Shown: piece after piece, positions 27,536 through 40,739 of the stretch
Layout: every line of letters starts with the position of its first letter
How positions within the stretch are numbered: position 1 is the stretch's first letter
Origin: Vicugna vicugna
Taxonomy: Eukaryota
Direction of reading: 5' to 3'
Length of the DNA: 59,942 bases
Assembly (NCBI GenBank): GCA_013265495.1
Contig: MU058241.1
Coordinates: 620,001-679,942 of the forward strand
Position numbers and translations under genes: made by a program
The notes under the pieces: generated by a model
Databases searched by the model: none
What the model saw: the letters and a program-made list of their open reading frames with translations, nothing else
What the model was told of the DNA's origin: nothing

Positions 27536-28699
27536 CCCAGTTTGGTGCCTTTCCCATTCTCCCTGCTCCCCCACTACCCTTCACAGGTTTATATCGCCCA
27601 TCCTTTTCCTCAATGTCCTTTGCCTTCCAGAGGGCACTAGAAAATGGTAGGAGGTTTGGACGACATTGTAAAAACTTTCGTTTTCATTTGCTGCGTATCT
27701 TCCCTCCGTCATCCATCACCTATTCTAACACTCAAGTCATTTCCAGCACAAACTGGGGCAAGCAACTCTGTTCTGAGCGCGTCAGTGGCTCCTCATTGAA
27801 CCGCACGGGCCATCTTCCTAGCTGCCTCTTTCCCCCTTCCAGCAGTCACATGCCACTTACTTACAGTGTTGTCTTGGCCCCGAATCTACTGAAAATGCTC
27901 AAGTCCTCCTCACCCTGCCAAGCTAATTCAGGAGCCCTCAGTTCTGTGGAATGCTCTCCAGTTATCCCACGTGGAGCTACGTATCACTTCTTCAGTTTCT
28001 TACGGGACGTTATTCTTCTGTCATTTCTTGTGTGCTTCATTGCTGTCCCCTGCTTTATCCACATGCTTCTCTCCCATGGAGATTATAGGCTACTTTAGGG
28101 CAGAATGAATCTTGACTAGATGTCTCCCCTCCTTAGTGAATAGATGAGCATTTTGCACATAGGAAATACGAATTCGTATTTGCTGATTTAGCAGATGTTA
28201 GTCTGAGCAGGTTGAGCTGTATGGAGTTTAACGTGGGCTCCCTCTATTCAGCGTAATGCAATTATGGGTTCTATTTCCTTGGCGATGGGGCATGCGTGGA
28301 CATTTGTATGTTATAGGGAACTTTTTTGCTTCAGAATTTTTGGTGGTTGCTGTGCAGATGATACAATTTCTGTTGCTGTACTTTTATGAGAGTGTTTAAT
28401 TAAATATAAGGTATGAGGTTTTGTGCCAAACTGTCCGGGTGGTAGTTCACCAAAGCAATATCAGTCATTTCCTTCTTTGTCAGTACTTTGGCTCATAAGA
28501 GTTGGATCTCTCTGCCGTTGGTGTACATAAATACCTTGGAATTTGTAGCACCTAGAGCCTTCTGGAGCCGAGTCCTCCTTGGGATGGTAATAATTAGCCA
28601 TCTCTTAGATTTGCGAAGTACTTTTCAGTTTCTAAATCCCTTTCACGCTTATCATCTCATTAAATCCTTGCAGCCAGTGGCATGCATAGAGCAGTGCTT

Positions 28700-28900
28700 C
28701 ATGGTGGGAATAACATTCCTTTGGATGTGCCAAAGCCTGGGTCCAAATTCTAGTTCCCACAGTCTCAACCACTGTCACGTGCTTTGTTTCCTCAACCTCG
28801 CTAAACTGTAGTTTCCTCTCTGTAAAATGTAAGGATAATAGTACCTAATTTTATATTCCCGCATGGCTTTGTTGTGAAGCACCATGGAACAAATGGTTTT
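28700..28900 (+). mobile_element. MIR SINE
   Basis: gcctgggtccaaattctagttcc...gtttcctctctgtaaaatg...gataatagtaccta core. Confidence 0.7.
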
Positions 28901-29814
28901 AAGCGTGCTCCATACATCTGTAAAGGTTCTGGCACTCTTTCATGTTCCGTGGTAGTTCAGTGAGTTAACGTGGGGGATTGTATGCCCATATCTGAGTTAG
29001 CAAACCGAGGCTCAAGAGTAGATGTGATGTTTGTCAGCTGTGGAGTAGACACGTGGCAGAGCTGGGGCTCACACCGGAGCTCCCATTGCTCTGTTCTGTG
29101 CTGGCTGCACCGCAGTCCTGCACTTGGGTAGTTCTAGACTCCGTCCCCTCATTTGCCTGCTCAGTCCCATGCACCTCGTGAAGGATTGCAAGAGGGTTAG
29201 CAGGCACACTCCCTCCTGAAGAGCAATTGAAGGTTGTGTCACTTCAGTACAAGTCATAGACTCCACAAATCTGTCAAAAGTGAAATGTGAGGATTCTTGG
29301 CAGAAACCCTAGACGCTCCGTGGTTGCAGAGAGGGGAGGTCGGCGTGCACTGCGTGGACAGCAGTGGTCAAAATTAGATGGTTTGAAGCAGCTACTGATG
29401 TGACTGGAGAAGGACTGAATAGCTTCTCTTTAAGAAGAAAAAAATGTAGTAATAAAGTGGAATTGGAAAGGATCTTGGGTTTGGGGAAGAGAAAAGCAAC
29501 CAGCTTCACTGGAAGCAATTTATACGAGGTTGAAGAAGATGGTTAGACATGATTTGCTGGTTGACCAGATGTTTTAAATGTAAAACCATACATTTTGTGT
29601 TTCACTTGATAATTATTGACTAACTGTATCAGGGACCTCACATTTTCAAAACTGTATTTTAGAAGGGTGAATGTGACCAGATTACATAGAACTGTTCCGT
29701 GATGAGAGCTCGTAGTCCTAAGTAGCATTTGCTCCTCCATCCTGTGGAAGTCGTTTCTCAGGATCAGTCCTGTTACTGTGGTTAACAAACACACTGCGTT
29801 TCTGTTGCATGTTG

Positions 29815-30038
29815 TTCACAAACTCTAGACCTTGGCACACTCAACATCTGGAGCCAAATAATTTTTGTTATTGTGTAGGGGGGCTCTCCTGCACGTTGTA
29901 GAATTTAAGTAGCCTCCCTAGCCTCTACCTACAAGAAGCCAGTGCCTCTCCCCTCAGTCGTAACAAACAAACAAGTGATCTCCAGGCATTGCCACGCGTC
30001 CCCTGGGAATACAGAATCCCTCCCATTTCAGAACCACT
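29815..30038 (+). mobile_element. MER20-like hAT MITE
   Basis: ccttggcacactcaacatctggagccaaataatt...tcctgcacgttgtag...tctccaggcattgcca...agaaccact. Confidence 0.78.
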
Positions 30039-31300
30039 TCCTTCGAGCAATTAAAATAATTTATTGCGTATCTTATGACGTAAATAAATTACACTGAAAA
30101 AGACCGGTACAGTGTAGGGCAGTACATTTAAACACTGGGCGGGTTTACAGGCATTCTGTGTCATGGGCTTCTCTGTAAAGTTTGAGTGCCAGGCGATTCT
30201 GGACAAGAGGCGGAGGCGGTGAGGAGCGGTTGTTTCCTGGGTTTGAGGTGAGCTCTGCAGTGTACCATCCTTCCTTGCACTCCCAGTTATCCGATATTTA
30301 CCCCCATAACTCGTAGTCATTATTTGCTTGGTCCCTGGAAATATCTGGGTGTCCCAACCTTAAGTGGTGGTTATAAAAACACTTGAATTTATCACTAAAT
30401 TTATTTAACAGGTGTTTTCTGAGCTGCTACAATGTGCAAAGAATACTTTAGTAAATGTCACAAAGTCTGTGCTCATGGACCTTACATCCCAGTGGGACAC
30501 TGAATGAAAATGTTTACTACTGTACTATTTAAAACATAAATGTAATGTAGAATTGTCACCTGAGCAAGTGCTATTGCGAGTGTGTCTTCCTAGATTAAGT
30601 AAAAAATAATTGATAACCTACATTCCAAATGATGATCTGTGAGATTAGCTGGCTCAACCTTTTTTTTTAAATTTCTCTGAAATTTGACCTTTTTCTTCAT
30701 TGAGCCTGAAGCAATAGCCTAGGAGGAAATGAGTTCAAACAGCTGATCATGCTAAACTTGAAAGCCTAAAACACTTGCTAAAATATTCTTTGATTATTGT
30801 TTGGTTGTTTTCTTGTTTGTTTGTTTTGTTTTGTTCTTTGTACTTTGAGGCAATATATGATCACGGTCCTCGAATGTGCAGTTGTCTGCTTGTAGTGTTA
30901 TTTCTCTCCTGTTCTTTTCTCTCATGGAAGAGAGATTTAGGGCTACCCTTTTTTGGGGCAAAACTTTATGTTTTATTTATTTAATGTTACCTTTTCTTAC
31001 GATTCCTCGGAGAAAAAGGACATGTTTTCTTCTTGCTTGAAGTGTGAGTGAAATGGCTGTCGCTTTTTTCCTGTCTGTCTTTTGTTGAACGCATTTTACC
31101 TGGACAACAGCCCCATACAAAAATAGAGATTTGGCAGATTTATCCTACAGAGATGCACTCAGGTGTCCCCATCTGGGCTGTTCTGGTCAGGCGGTTTTCA
31201 CAGAGGATTACTGAAAGAAAATTGTGGCCGTCATTAATAGCATTTTGAAACATATCTTCAGATGCTACCGACTAGTGGTTACTGGAAATCAGGAAAGCAT

Positions 31301-31638
31301 GCAATTGAAACAGAACTTTCAATATGTTGTGTATACCTGATGCTAACAGGTTCAATTAATAAGGAGAGGTGCAGTATGTGTTGCTGCCGTTAGCATTTTA
31401 AAAGTATACCCATGTTTGTAAACAACACCTGTTTTGTATAAGGTATTTGTTCTCTAGGTTGACTTGGAGGCAATTGAAACAGAACTTTCAATATGTTGTG
31501 TATACCCGATGCTAACAGGTTCAATTAATAAGGAGAAGTGCAGTATGTGTTGCTGCCGTTAGCATTTTAAAAGTATACCCATGTTTGTAAACAACACCTG
31601 TTTCGTATAAGGTATTTGTTCTCTAGGTTGACTTGGAA
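31301..31638. repeat. Tandem duplication, 2 x 169 bp
   Basis: Copies start at 31301 and 31470 (gcaattgaaacagaac...), with three internal substitutions. Confidence 0.97.
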
Positions 31639-32631
31639 TGGTGGCTATCACAAAGCACTGACTTTTTCATGCCCTGTCGCCTGTAGTTGTGAAAGTGTAA
31701 CTGTGTGCATGTGATACTGTGTTTTCCAAATTTACATTTTCAGCAGTGACAGAAAGCAAGAATTGCATTATTATTTTGAGACCTTTTTAGCCTCATTGCA
31801 GTGAACAGTTTTTATGTGGGAACAAATGCTTGTTGGATGTTTCCTGAATGAAGTGACAGAGACTTAACTTGTAAGTTGCTGAGCATCTGTCCATGAAAAA
31901 ACCCAGATCTTGTGGAGTGGTTGGTTCTTCTCCATCATGCAACACTTCTCCAAATGAACAAAGTTGCAAGGTGTTTCAAAGAGTGCCATTTATTCATTTC
32001 AAGTGCTCTTGAGAAGGAATTAGATCTAAGCATATTTATTAAATGACAACTAAATATTTTTTGGCTGGGAGCCAACATGCTTGACACATATAAGGATAGC
32101 TCTGAGGTTAAGGCATTGGGTGTACCTTTAGGAAACGAGACTGACTCTAGGGAATGCATACAATATGTAAGGTAGACAGGTTTCAAGATTATTTCCTTGC
32201 TATTCAAAAAATTTAGAATTGTTGTATGGGTGAAAAATTGTACACTTGTTTTAGAGCATGCTTGGGAGAAGTGAATACAGATAAACTTGGGACAAGCTCA
32301 TAGAGGTCTTGGGAAAGAATCATTGAAGAGCTCAGGGTTTTAAAATTAAAATAACTAAAGACAAATTGTTCATATGCAACAGTAAAGAATATGACATCTA
32401 GAATATTTTCATAAGAAATAGATCAGTTCTTAATGTAACGTGCATGAAACAAGAAAGTGACATCATAGACTGTTTTCCATCAAATTCTACAGCAGTTTTC
32501 TTCCCCAGCCTTACTGAGATACAGTTGACACAACACGCATTGTATAATTTTAATTGCACATTGTGTAAAGTTTAAGGTGTACAGTGTGATGATTTGATAC
32601 ATATGTATTTTGGGAAATGCTCTCCACAATA

Positions 32632-32816
32632 AGGTAGTTCTTTTTAAAGCTCAGTGTAGCATCTGGATCTCCAGGAGAGCTTGCTGGAAGAGATTCTTGG
32701 GTCCCGATTGCAGAGCTATGACTCTGTAGGTCTGGGGGCCACTCACAGGCTTGCGTTTCTTATAAACAACAACGTGATGCTTATATTATTGGTCACTGAT
32801 CACACTGTGAGAGCAG
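32632..32816. mobile_element. MER5A-like hAT MITE
   Basis: ctccaggagagcttg...agattcttgggtccc...gactctgtaggtctggg...cacactgtgagagcag. Confidence 0.6.
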
Positions 32817-33804
32817 GGCCGTGACAGATGGACACTTGATACACAGGCAGTGGTTTGTTTTCATATGTGCATTTTTGACTGAAAAAAATAGCAATGGATA
32901 TTTGAAAATTAAATTTCACCATAGAATCTTCAGTTTATCTTTTAAACTATATCTTTATTTTAAAACAGGGAGGGTACTAGAAAGTAGAGTGAAAGAATAG
33001 CACAGGTGTATATCCTGAATTCTACATTATACATGTCAGAAATTTAATTGAGAATTTTGATCTCAATTGGAAAATTAATCAATAATGAAATAAGAGTCAT
33101 ACAGATAAAATAATCACGAGCCTCTGGGAGCCCAGGGTATGCCAGTATTTAGACAACCAACATTTAACGATACATGATGATTAGCTTTTAATCATTAATA
33201 ATTTTAAAGTTAAAAATTGCGTTGAAATGTAATTTTGAGAATATGATGTCCATTCATATGAATGTAACAGTTTCCATCCTGAGGCCTCTTCCTACAATGT
33301 ATTATACACATAGTATATATAGTGCTCTGTGCTACTATGTTTTGCGTGATAATTATGCATTGTATATGTATTAATAAGCTGTATTTACATTGTTTATTCA
33401 ATGTTATTGTTTATCATTCTGTGCTATTGTTTATTCAGTACCATTTGACATACGCACTTTCTTTATTCAGTACTTTGTTCATTCAGTTCTGTTACTGTGT
33501 ATTGTCACAGTTGTGACTGAACAGTGGTTCCTGGGTATTATCTTTGATTTATTAAAATACATATAAATTATCAAGTATAAGTATAAATTATATGTAATAC
33601 TAAATTTCTTATATATATAAATATGTATATTCAAACTTTATTCAGAAACTCGCATGTCAGAATCTTGTGTTCAGCTTAGTCAATATATTTTAATAGAGAA
33701 CTTAAATTGGGTAAATGTTCTATTCACTGACACAGCCACATAACTTAATATGTGTGAGATGTATATACATACATTGAATACTTCAGTCACTTACAGAAGA
33801 GCAT

Positions 33805-33846
<42 letters not shown>

Positions 33847-33925
33847 TTTTTCCCCCCCTAAACGGAGGCACTAGGGATTGAACCCAGGACCTCGTGCCCG
33901 CCAAGCACGTGCTATACCCCCCACC
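33805..33925 (-). mobile_element. (CA)n(TA)n microsatellite adjoining a degenerate tRNA-derived SINE
   Basis: Dinucleotide runs at about 33805-33847, then ggaggcactagggattgaacccaggacctcgtgc...gctatacccc (reverse SINE head). Confidence 0.8.
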
Positions 33926-34342
33926 CCACTGCCAATGTAAAAGCAAGTTATTATTGACATTTATGAGAAAAAAAAATTCATCTGTAACAACAGCCTTTAG
34001 AAGATACTTGTTATTGAATAAACAATATCTCCTGTCCAAGTCGCTGTGCCTGCCAGGCAGTGTCACACCTTTTCCTAGATGTCACCTCCAGCCAGGCTGT
34101 GCCGCTGTTCCTTTTCAGCCGTGTTGAAACACACGTCCAGCTGTCCCTGCTCCGTAGTGATGCTCTCGTGCAGAGCCCTGGGACACATGGTTAACGTGAG
34201 CCTCTGATTAGTTAGATTTCCTAAAGTCACCAAGGAAAGTAGGCATCGAACAGTGAGGATGGCGGCCAAGCGGGTCCTTTCCTTTTTGGCTGTGTTTCCT
34301 GACTGTGTTTACTAATCTGTTTCCCCCGTTCCTTTCTCCCAG

Positions 34343-34405
34343 TGCCTGGAGCCCTGCAAGGCGTCCTGGGACCTGCGGAAGCAGCAGTGCCAGAGCTTCT
34401 GTGAG
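34343..34405 (+). CDS. ANOS1: Anosmin-1 internal coding exon (exon 3 by human numbering), cysteine-rich N-terminal box
   Basis: Polypyrimidine tract and AG (cctttctcccag) precede it, and GAG|gtaaga follows. The 63 nt (phase 0/0) translate to [21 protein letters not shown], matching the anosmin-1 Cys box as I recall it. Confidence 0.96.
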
Positions 34406-36194
34406 GTAAGACGCCAGGGCTCTGGGCCGACCTGCCCCACGGGGCCCAGGGGCCGAGGGGCTCCCGTGTTCGTCTGTAGCTTGGGAAGGGCACTTGCCTC
34501 TGGGGGCGCGTGTCTGTGTGCGTGTGTGTGAATTCATGCTAAAAAAAATTCTTGAGGCATCTTAAAACTGTGCCACTCATGCTCCCATTATTGATTAATT
34601 GGACAGAAAAACTACTCTGATTACTTTCAAAGAAAGTTGCGAGCGGTGCCCTCCTCCGACCTGGCGCCTTGGCTTCTGTGGTTGTTCTCTGCGCCATGTT
34701 GACATCGTCACGCGTCTTGGCAGAGGACGCCTGTTACTTGTGGTGCAGTTTCTCAGACATTTTCATCTGACTTCTCACCCCTCGGGCACCCGTGTCCTGG
34801 GCTGACGCTGGCCCACCTTTTCCTGTGTGGAAGCATGTTACGTTCCCTGTGCTTTCACGTAGATAACAGAGTGTTACTGCCTTGGGCGACCACTGTCTGA
34901 GATCATCAGTTGTGTTGCAGAGGGGAGAGCTGCTTTGCTGGACTGTCTGCTCCAGGGCAAACCAGGGACCCAGGGGGCCGCTCTGAAGCAGCCGGGAGGA
35001 CGTGCACCCAGCTGACCGCGCGGTGGCCTCTCGAGGTCAGGAGGGTCGGAAGGTCCACAAGGGCTGTGAGAACAAGGGCTGGAAGAGCCCACGACGGCCG
35101 CCCAAGCAGCACCGTGGAGTGTGGTGGGGAGGGACCAGAGGACATGCCCGTGTGGCATCGGAGTGAAACGACCTTGCAGGGCTTCTTCACATGGAACTGG
35201 GGGCTGGTGGGGGACTTCCGAGGTTCTCCAGGCAGATGTGGAGGTCTGGTCTAAGCTCTGTGCCATGCAGGAGGTGCATGTGTGGTCGTCACCTGGGGCT
35301 CACCTTGGAGGATGCACAGTTTCCATTCTGAGAGCACCGTGGTGGAGTGAGACAATGCTAACTTCACCAGTTTCATGGTGCATACGATATGTCTGTAGTT
35401 ATGACATCTTCTGACCTTCCAGTAAGCATGGAGATTAATCAAGGCATGCAGTAAGTCCACAGAGTTGTGTGTGGAAGCCGCAGGGGACTGGGATGTTGGA
35501 AGTTGTCCAGTCCCACCCAGGTAGCAGGACCAGGTCTAAAACCCCGCCTCCGATGGGTCCCACTGTGTCCAAGTGCTGCTGTGGCTGGACTCCCCATGGA
35601 CAGTTCCACGGGGTTGTAATGTTACAGGGTTATTTTAGAAAAGTGTTGAGTGTTGTTTTAGGAAAGTGGAATGGAAGCATTTCTCACCTGCTCACATGAT
35701 CAATACGTGATCTTCCTCAATCTCAATTTTAATTTGCTCTGAAAGTTTCTACTCAGCGTTTTGTGACTGGCTGGAATCTCGGTGATTTTTGCAGACTCTT
35801 ATATAATAGCGTCTGTTGCCAGAAGCGCCTCGGGCTTGAGGATTACCATCGTTGAAGTCTTTGGAAGCGTTTTGTAATTGTGAACGTTAAAACACTTCAA
35901 ATGATATATAGCACTGGCAGATACTCAAAGTTACGTAGCTAGTTGCTCTGCTGTTGACCCCTGTGGCTAAGCTAATGACCTAGTGTCAAATCAGATAGAA
36001 GAACTCTCCTGTGTCTTTTCGTATCCAGCCCTTTTCTGGATGTTGGAGATGGTACAGGGGAACGTAAATCATGGTATCCGCTCCGCCGAGGGAGCTAACA
36101 TATTATCCTTCAGTTTTTACAAAATACCTTTGGGCTTCTCCAGGGCTTCAGTCCAAACTTTTCTAGCAAACATGCTTACCTGGGGTTCAGTTTA

Positions 36195-37335
36195 ATGTAT
36201 CTTTCTATTTCTTACCTCTAGCTGTACAGCAAATTATCCCCAAACTTCATGGCTGAACACAGCACACATTTCTTACCCTACACTTTCTGTGGGCTGGGAA
36301 TCTGCACACAGCTTAAGCTTCTAGGTCGTAATCAAGGTGTTGGCTGGGCTGCATTCTCATCTGGGAGCTCAACTGCAGGAGAAGCTACTTCTGAGCTCCT
36401 TGCAGTTGTTGGGAAAACTGCGGTCCTGTTCTTGATGGCTGCTGGCTGGAGTCCACGCTCAGCTCCTACAGGTCGCCAGTGGTTTCTCCCCATTAGACCC
36501 TTGATCGACAGGTCACAGTAGGGCTGTTTACTTCTTTGAGGCCACCAAGAATCCGGATCTCCAGCCTGCTGAGACAGAATTTTATGTAACACTGGTATCT
36601 GAGAGCAGGTTCTTGTCTCATCGTAGGAAGAATTCAGAAACGAGACATGAAGGTCAAGAAAGCAAAGCAGGGATTTATTAAGTGACAGGCAGGACTCTCT
36701 TGGGGGAGAGCAGGCAGAGCCAGGTGGGTAGCTGCCCCGAGTTTCTCTGGCAAGTTGGTTACATGGGTGTAAAAATGAATGTGTGGAATATTCATTGATG
36801 GGGAGGGGTTTGGGGGTCCTCTTTCCTGATCCTCATCCCAGCTCCACCTTCCTGAGGGAAGGAGAGATTTTTGGTCCTTATTTAGTCAAGATGGGGAAGT
36901 TGGATGAGGTTATAATGGGTGAAAAGTTGCATTTGGATGAGGTCATAATGAGTAAAAGGTTACGTTTGGGTGGTAGAGATTCCTGCCTTGTCCTACCTTT
37001 CTTTGTTGGCCTCCAGGACACTTTCAAACCAAAATATGTAGTTTCTCATCAGTTCGGAGGTTCTTGCTTTTCTTGGTCTGCTCAAGGACCACCCCACCTT
37101 GTTCATAAGATGTATAGTTTCCTGCCATTTGGCCCATGTCCCCCTTTCTCTGCTCATATCTAGCCACCTGCCTGCTCTGACAACACAACATAGTCTCAGG
37201 AGTGACATCTCTGCACCTTGGTTGTATTCTGTGGGTTAGAAGCAACGCACCCCCCCTCCCCACCTTGGGCAGGGAGGTGTTCACACTGGGGCAGGTCGTG
37301 ACTCAAAGGGGCTCACTCTAGGCTCTGTCTACTAC
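36195..37335 (-). mobile_element. MaLR LTR (MLT1F/G/H-like) split by a younger ERV LTR
   Basis: caaattatccccaaacttcatggctg...tctgtgggctgggaatctg...aatcaaggtgttggctgggctgcattctcatctgg. It resumes after 37182 with ggagtgacatc...attctgtgggttagaagcaa. Confidence 0.7.
36593..37182 (-). mobile_element. ERV solo LTR (590 bp, ERV1-like) with 4-bp TSD
   Basis: TG...CA ends, ACAC on both sides (36589-36592 and 37183-37186), and a minus-strand AATAAA at 36674-36679. Confidence 0.82.
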
Positions 37336-38303
37336 AGAAAGCAGATTGAAAAACAGATTCAGGCCCCTGGAGACATAGAACACAACCGATTCATCAGAAA
37401 TGAAAACAAACACGAAACAGAACTGATAAATTAACGCAAAGACAAGAAGCAGGGGCCATCCCTGTGTCTTCCGTGTTCTGTGAAGTGCACTCCTGCTTTT
37501 ATTTTGGATTCTGTTCTGCACACAAATGGTATGTCTGTCTGAACTAAACTTTGCTGTTGGAAAACCTTGAGGAACAAGATGTGCCCTGCTGTTTGCTTGA
37601 CAAACACATTATCCTTCCTATCACCGACTCTGGGTGGGTAGTTTTGTGTCTGAGCCTGAGAAGGGAGATATGATTGAAGGTCACTGGAAACCTTTCTTCC
37701 TGCAAATTCCAAATGTGAGGGCGGGCTTCTGTAATTGCCGCCCTGTCTGAAATCAGTGCGAGGGCTTCAGAACCACATCTGCTCTATTAAAATGGGACTC
37801 GTGTGTACAAACTGTGATCTGCTGTGGCAGGAAAGGTTAATTGAAACTTGAACGGTGCAGAAAACAGAGGCCAGTTCATGTGAGGAACTCTGTGGGGAGA
37901 CCTCGGCCCCGTGGCCCAGTAGCTCAAGCTTCCACGCTCAGTTTTACTTGCTTTGATCATTCTTATGTCTCTGTGTGTGGTTTTGCTTCTGTTTCACTTA
38001 GCAGTTCATAAATGACTATTACGCTGAAACAGACTGAATCCTGGAAGGGTAAGCCCTGTTCCGCTGTTTTCAAGGCTAGTCATTCATGGAGACAGACCTG
38101 ATACAATCCTGTCCACCCTTTTGGTTGTCACGTTATGTATTTAAGGAGGCATACAGGGTCCATCCTGTCACGAACCTGAGCTTTCCCTTTGTCAGGGTTC
38201 AGACCCAGAAGGATCCTAGATCTTACTCTTACAGAAACAACTAGACGGTTAGATATGTTTGGCTCAGTGCGTTTATTTGCAAGATGATCTGAGCTCTGTT
38301 TTC

Positions 38304-38520
38304 TAAGGCATGAATTTGCAGACCACACCCCACAGAGCAAAACAGGTCTGCCTCTTTTTTCTGTGAGTAAAGTTTTATTGGAACACAGCCAACCCTGTAT
38401 TTTTTGCATATCATCCGTAGCTGCTTTTGTGTTACAACAGCAGAATTGGGTAGTTTATGGTCCATGAAGCTGAAACTGCAGAAAGTCTTGTCCTTTACAG
38501 AAAATGTGTTCCGACTCCTG
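38304..38520 (-). mobile_element. MER58A-like hAT MITE
   Basis: taaagttttattggaacacagcca...gctgcttttgtgttacaacagcaga...cctttacagaaaatgtgttccgactcctg. Confidence 0.8.
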
Positions 38521-38614
38521 CTCTCAGAAAATGAGCAACAGTCATGATGATGACACGAAGGCTGCGTAACCTTTTAGACTGTCATTACTTCTTAGTCTGT
38601 ATCACCAGCACCCA

Positions 38615-38913
38615 TTTCTTTTATTTTTCTTATTAATTGTTTTTTATGGACGTGTATAGTTAATTTACAATGCTAGTTTCAGGTGTACAGCAAAGCGATT
38701 TAGTTATACATATGCACACATATGTATTTCTCAGATTCTTTTCCATTAAATGTTATTACAAGAAACTGAATGTAGTTTGCTGTGCTATACAGTAGGTACA
38801 TTTTAAAAATCTGTTTCATATACAGTAGCATGTAACTGTTAATCCAAAACTCCTGATTTGTCCCTCCCCCAGCGTTTCCCCTTCAGTAACCACAGTTTGC
38901 TTTCTGTGTCTGA
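38615..38913 (-). mobile_element. 5'-truncated L1 3' end
   Basis: atagttaatttacaatgctagtttcaggtgtacagcaaagcgatt. Flanked by a TSD-like agcacccattt at about 38607 and 38916. Confidence 0.85.
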
Positions 38914-39106
38914 CTAGCACCCATTTGTAAACATGAAGCATTGTTCTTGGTAATTTTAGTCGTAAGATAAACTGTCCTACATGGGAAAGATTTTCAGGGG
39001 CGCGTTAGTGGTAACGGACACTGATCTCTTCAACTTCTCGCTTGATTATCCATACCGGGTTCTACTTCTGCCACTTTTTCAGGCTGGTGCCAGAGTTAAC
39101 AATCTT

Positions 39107-39251
39107 TTTTTTTTTTAATTTATTTTATTTTTTACAGAGGAGGTAATTAGGTTTACTTATTTATTTTTGGAGGCAGTACCGGGGATTGAACTCAGGACCT
39201 TGTGTATATGCTAAGCGTGTGGTCTACCACGTGAGCAATACCCTCTCCTCC
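39107..39251 (-). mobile_element. tRNA-Ala-derived SINE with TSD
   Basis: Poly-T, ggtaattaggttta and ggggattgaactcaggacc. TSD aacaatctt at 39098-39106 and 39252-39260. Confidence 0.9.
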
Positions 39252-40739
39252 AACAATCTTATTTTTTAAATGAAGAAGTTAAGTATATTAGAACAGGAAT
39301 CTTTCAGGAATTCTTGGATCGTAAGGGATGATTTTTCATGTGTCCTTTTTTGAAACGTGTTACGTTCCCTGATAGGTACATACGTAGATTGTGCTTCACT
39401 GCTCTAGTTTATTAACTATTACCCACTGCCTTCCACTTTTATAAAATCTTAAGAGCCCTGACAAACTATTTGAATGTCTCTTTCTAGTCATCAAATGCGT
39501 GTCTTCCCATGTTTAAGTGTTCCTTCCTTACAATTGCTGGATTCTTAAATTATGAGTAAAAGCACCCTTTTCCCTTGTTCGTTGTACACAAGATAATCGT
39601 GTGTTATAAATGATGCTGACTTAGTCTGGATGAAACGTGGTACATCCTAGTTTATGGGGAGCCTTCTTGCTGGGGCGATGCCCCTCCCGTCTTTAATTCT
39701 GATGTTTCTGACGCCATCATGTCCCCACCCTCATAGGAACTCCCTAGGACGTCAACATTAGCCGTGTGAAATGTGCACTGGGGGTCGTGGAGAGCTGCGG
39801 CCCCATCTGCTTCAGGGACCCGCCCTCTGTCCACGAGGGAAGCATTCATTGTTGATACTGAACTTGTCACTGGATCAGCCAGGATTCTGACAGATCCAGT
39901 CCTGGCCAGGGTGAAAAGATGGACAAGAAAGAGGCCTTCACTCTGCCACACATGCTGGTGCATCACTTTGTGTTTCTTGATTTTCACAGTGTTTTCCAAT
40001 CTTATTCCATCTGATTTTCACAGCAATTCTTACACAAAGTGAGGTCTATATTTTGCTAAGTGGAACTGACACACAAGGAGAAAATGGTCGTATTGCCCAA
40101 AATCTCATGCTTCACAGGTAGAGGAGTGGGTCTAAAATCCAGGTGGTGTGACTGCGAGCCAGGTCTCTCCCGCTGTTCTCCACCCCAGGCACCTGCATCT
40201 AACCCTGCTCCGTGCAGCAGAGCACAGAGGAGAGGGTGAGATCTGCTTCTCAGGGCAGAAAATAAGGAACGGGACCGTCTCTTATGTAAAGCTATCGGCC
40301 CAACCGTTTATGTTTGAGCAGCCTTTCTCTTCAGTGAGAATGAAGTTTGAATTGTGCAAAATCATAGTTAACTAGAGGTGTTGCAAGGGGTTGAGAAGAA
40401 GAAGGCTCCTTACAGTTTCCGGCTGTCTTTGTCCATGGGATGTTCTGACACTACTGAAAGGAGAGCGCAGAAACGAAGCTGTGCAGATTTATCACACCCT
40501 TCTCTTGCCGTCAAAACCTGGTCTCCTGCCACAGCTCTACATGACAGTAGTTATGCCTTGAAATCGAGGGTATTAAGCAAATGCCCCCCTTCAGGAATTC
40601 GAGCGGAGCCAACAGCTCTCTGGGAACGTGTCTCCAAGAGTTGAAGGGCCTGAAAGAACCTGATGAGACCAAAGAGGAAAATGACACAGTGCCCTGCTCC
40701 CCAGCTGTGCGTGTTGTGGGAGGAGGGGTCAGCACACAG

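Larger units (their letters stand above)
1..34342 (+). other. ANOS1: 3' part of the large ANOS1 intron (intron 2) upstream of the 63-nt exon
   Basis: It ends in AG at 34341-34342. I did not find the expected short preceding exon (NNGSLVWCQNHKQCSK-like, recalled) by eye, so the intron probably starts upstream of the window. Confidence 0.8.

Noticed and set aside
28164..28181. Perfect 18-bp palindrome aaatacgaattcgtattt
   Set aside because: About 0.2 such palindromes are expected by chance in 60 kb (60000/4^9), more in AT-rich DNA, and there is no supporting context.
1..34342. An upstream ANOS1 exon or promoter/CpG island
   Set aside because: I found no sequence encoding the expected preceding peptide or signal peptide by eye, and no clear CpG island. 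A very short exon could have been missed.
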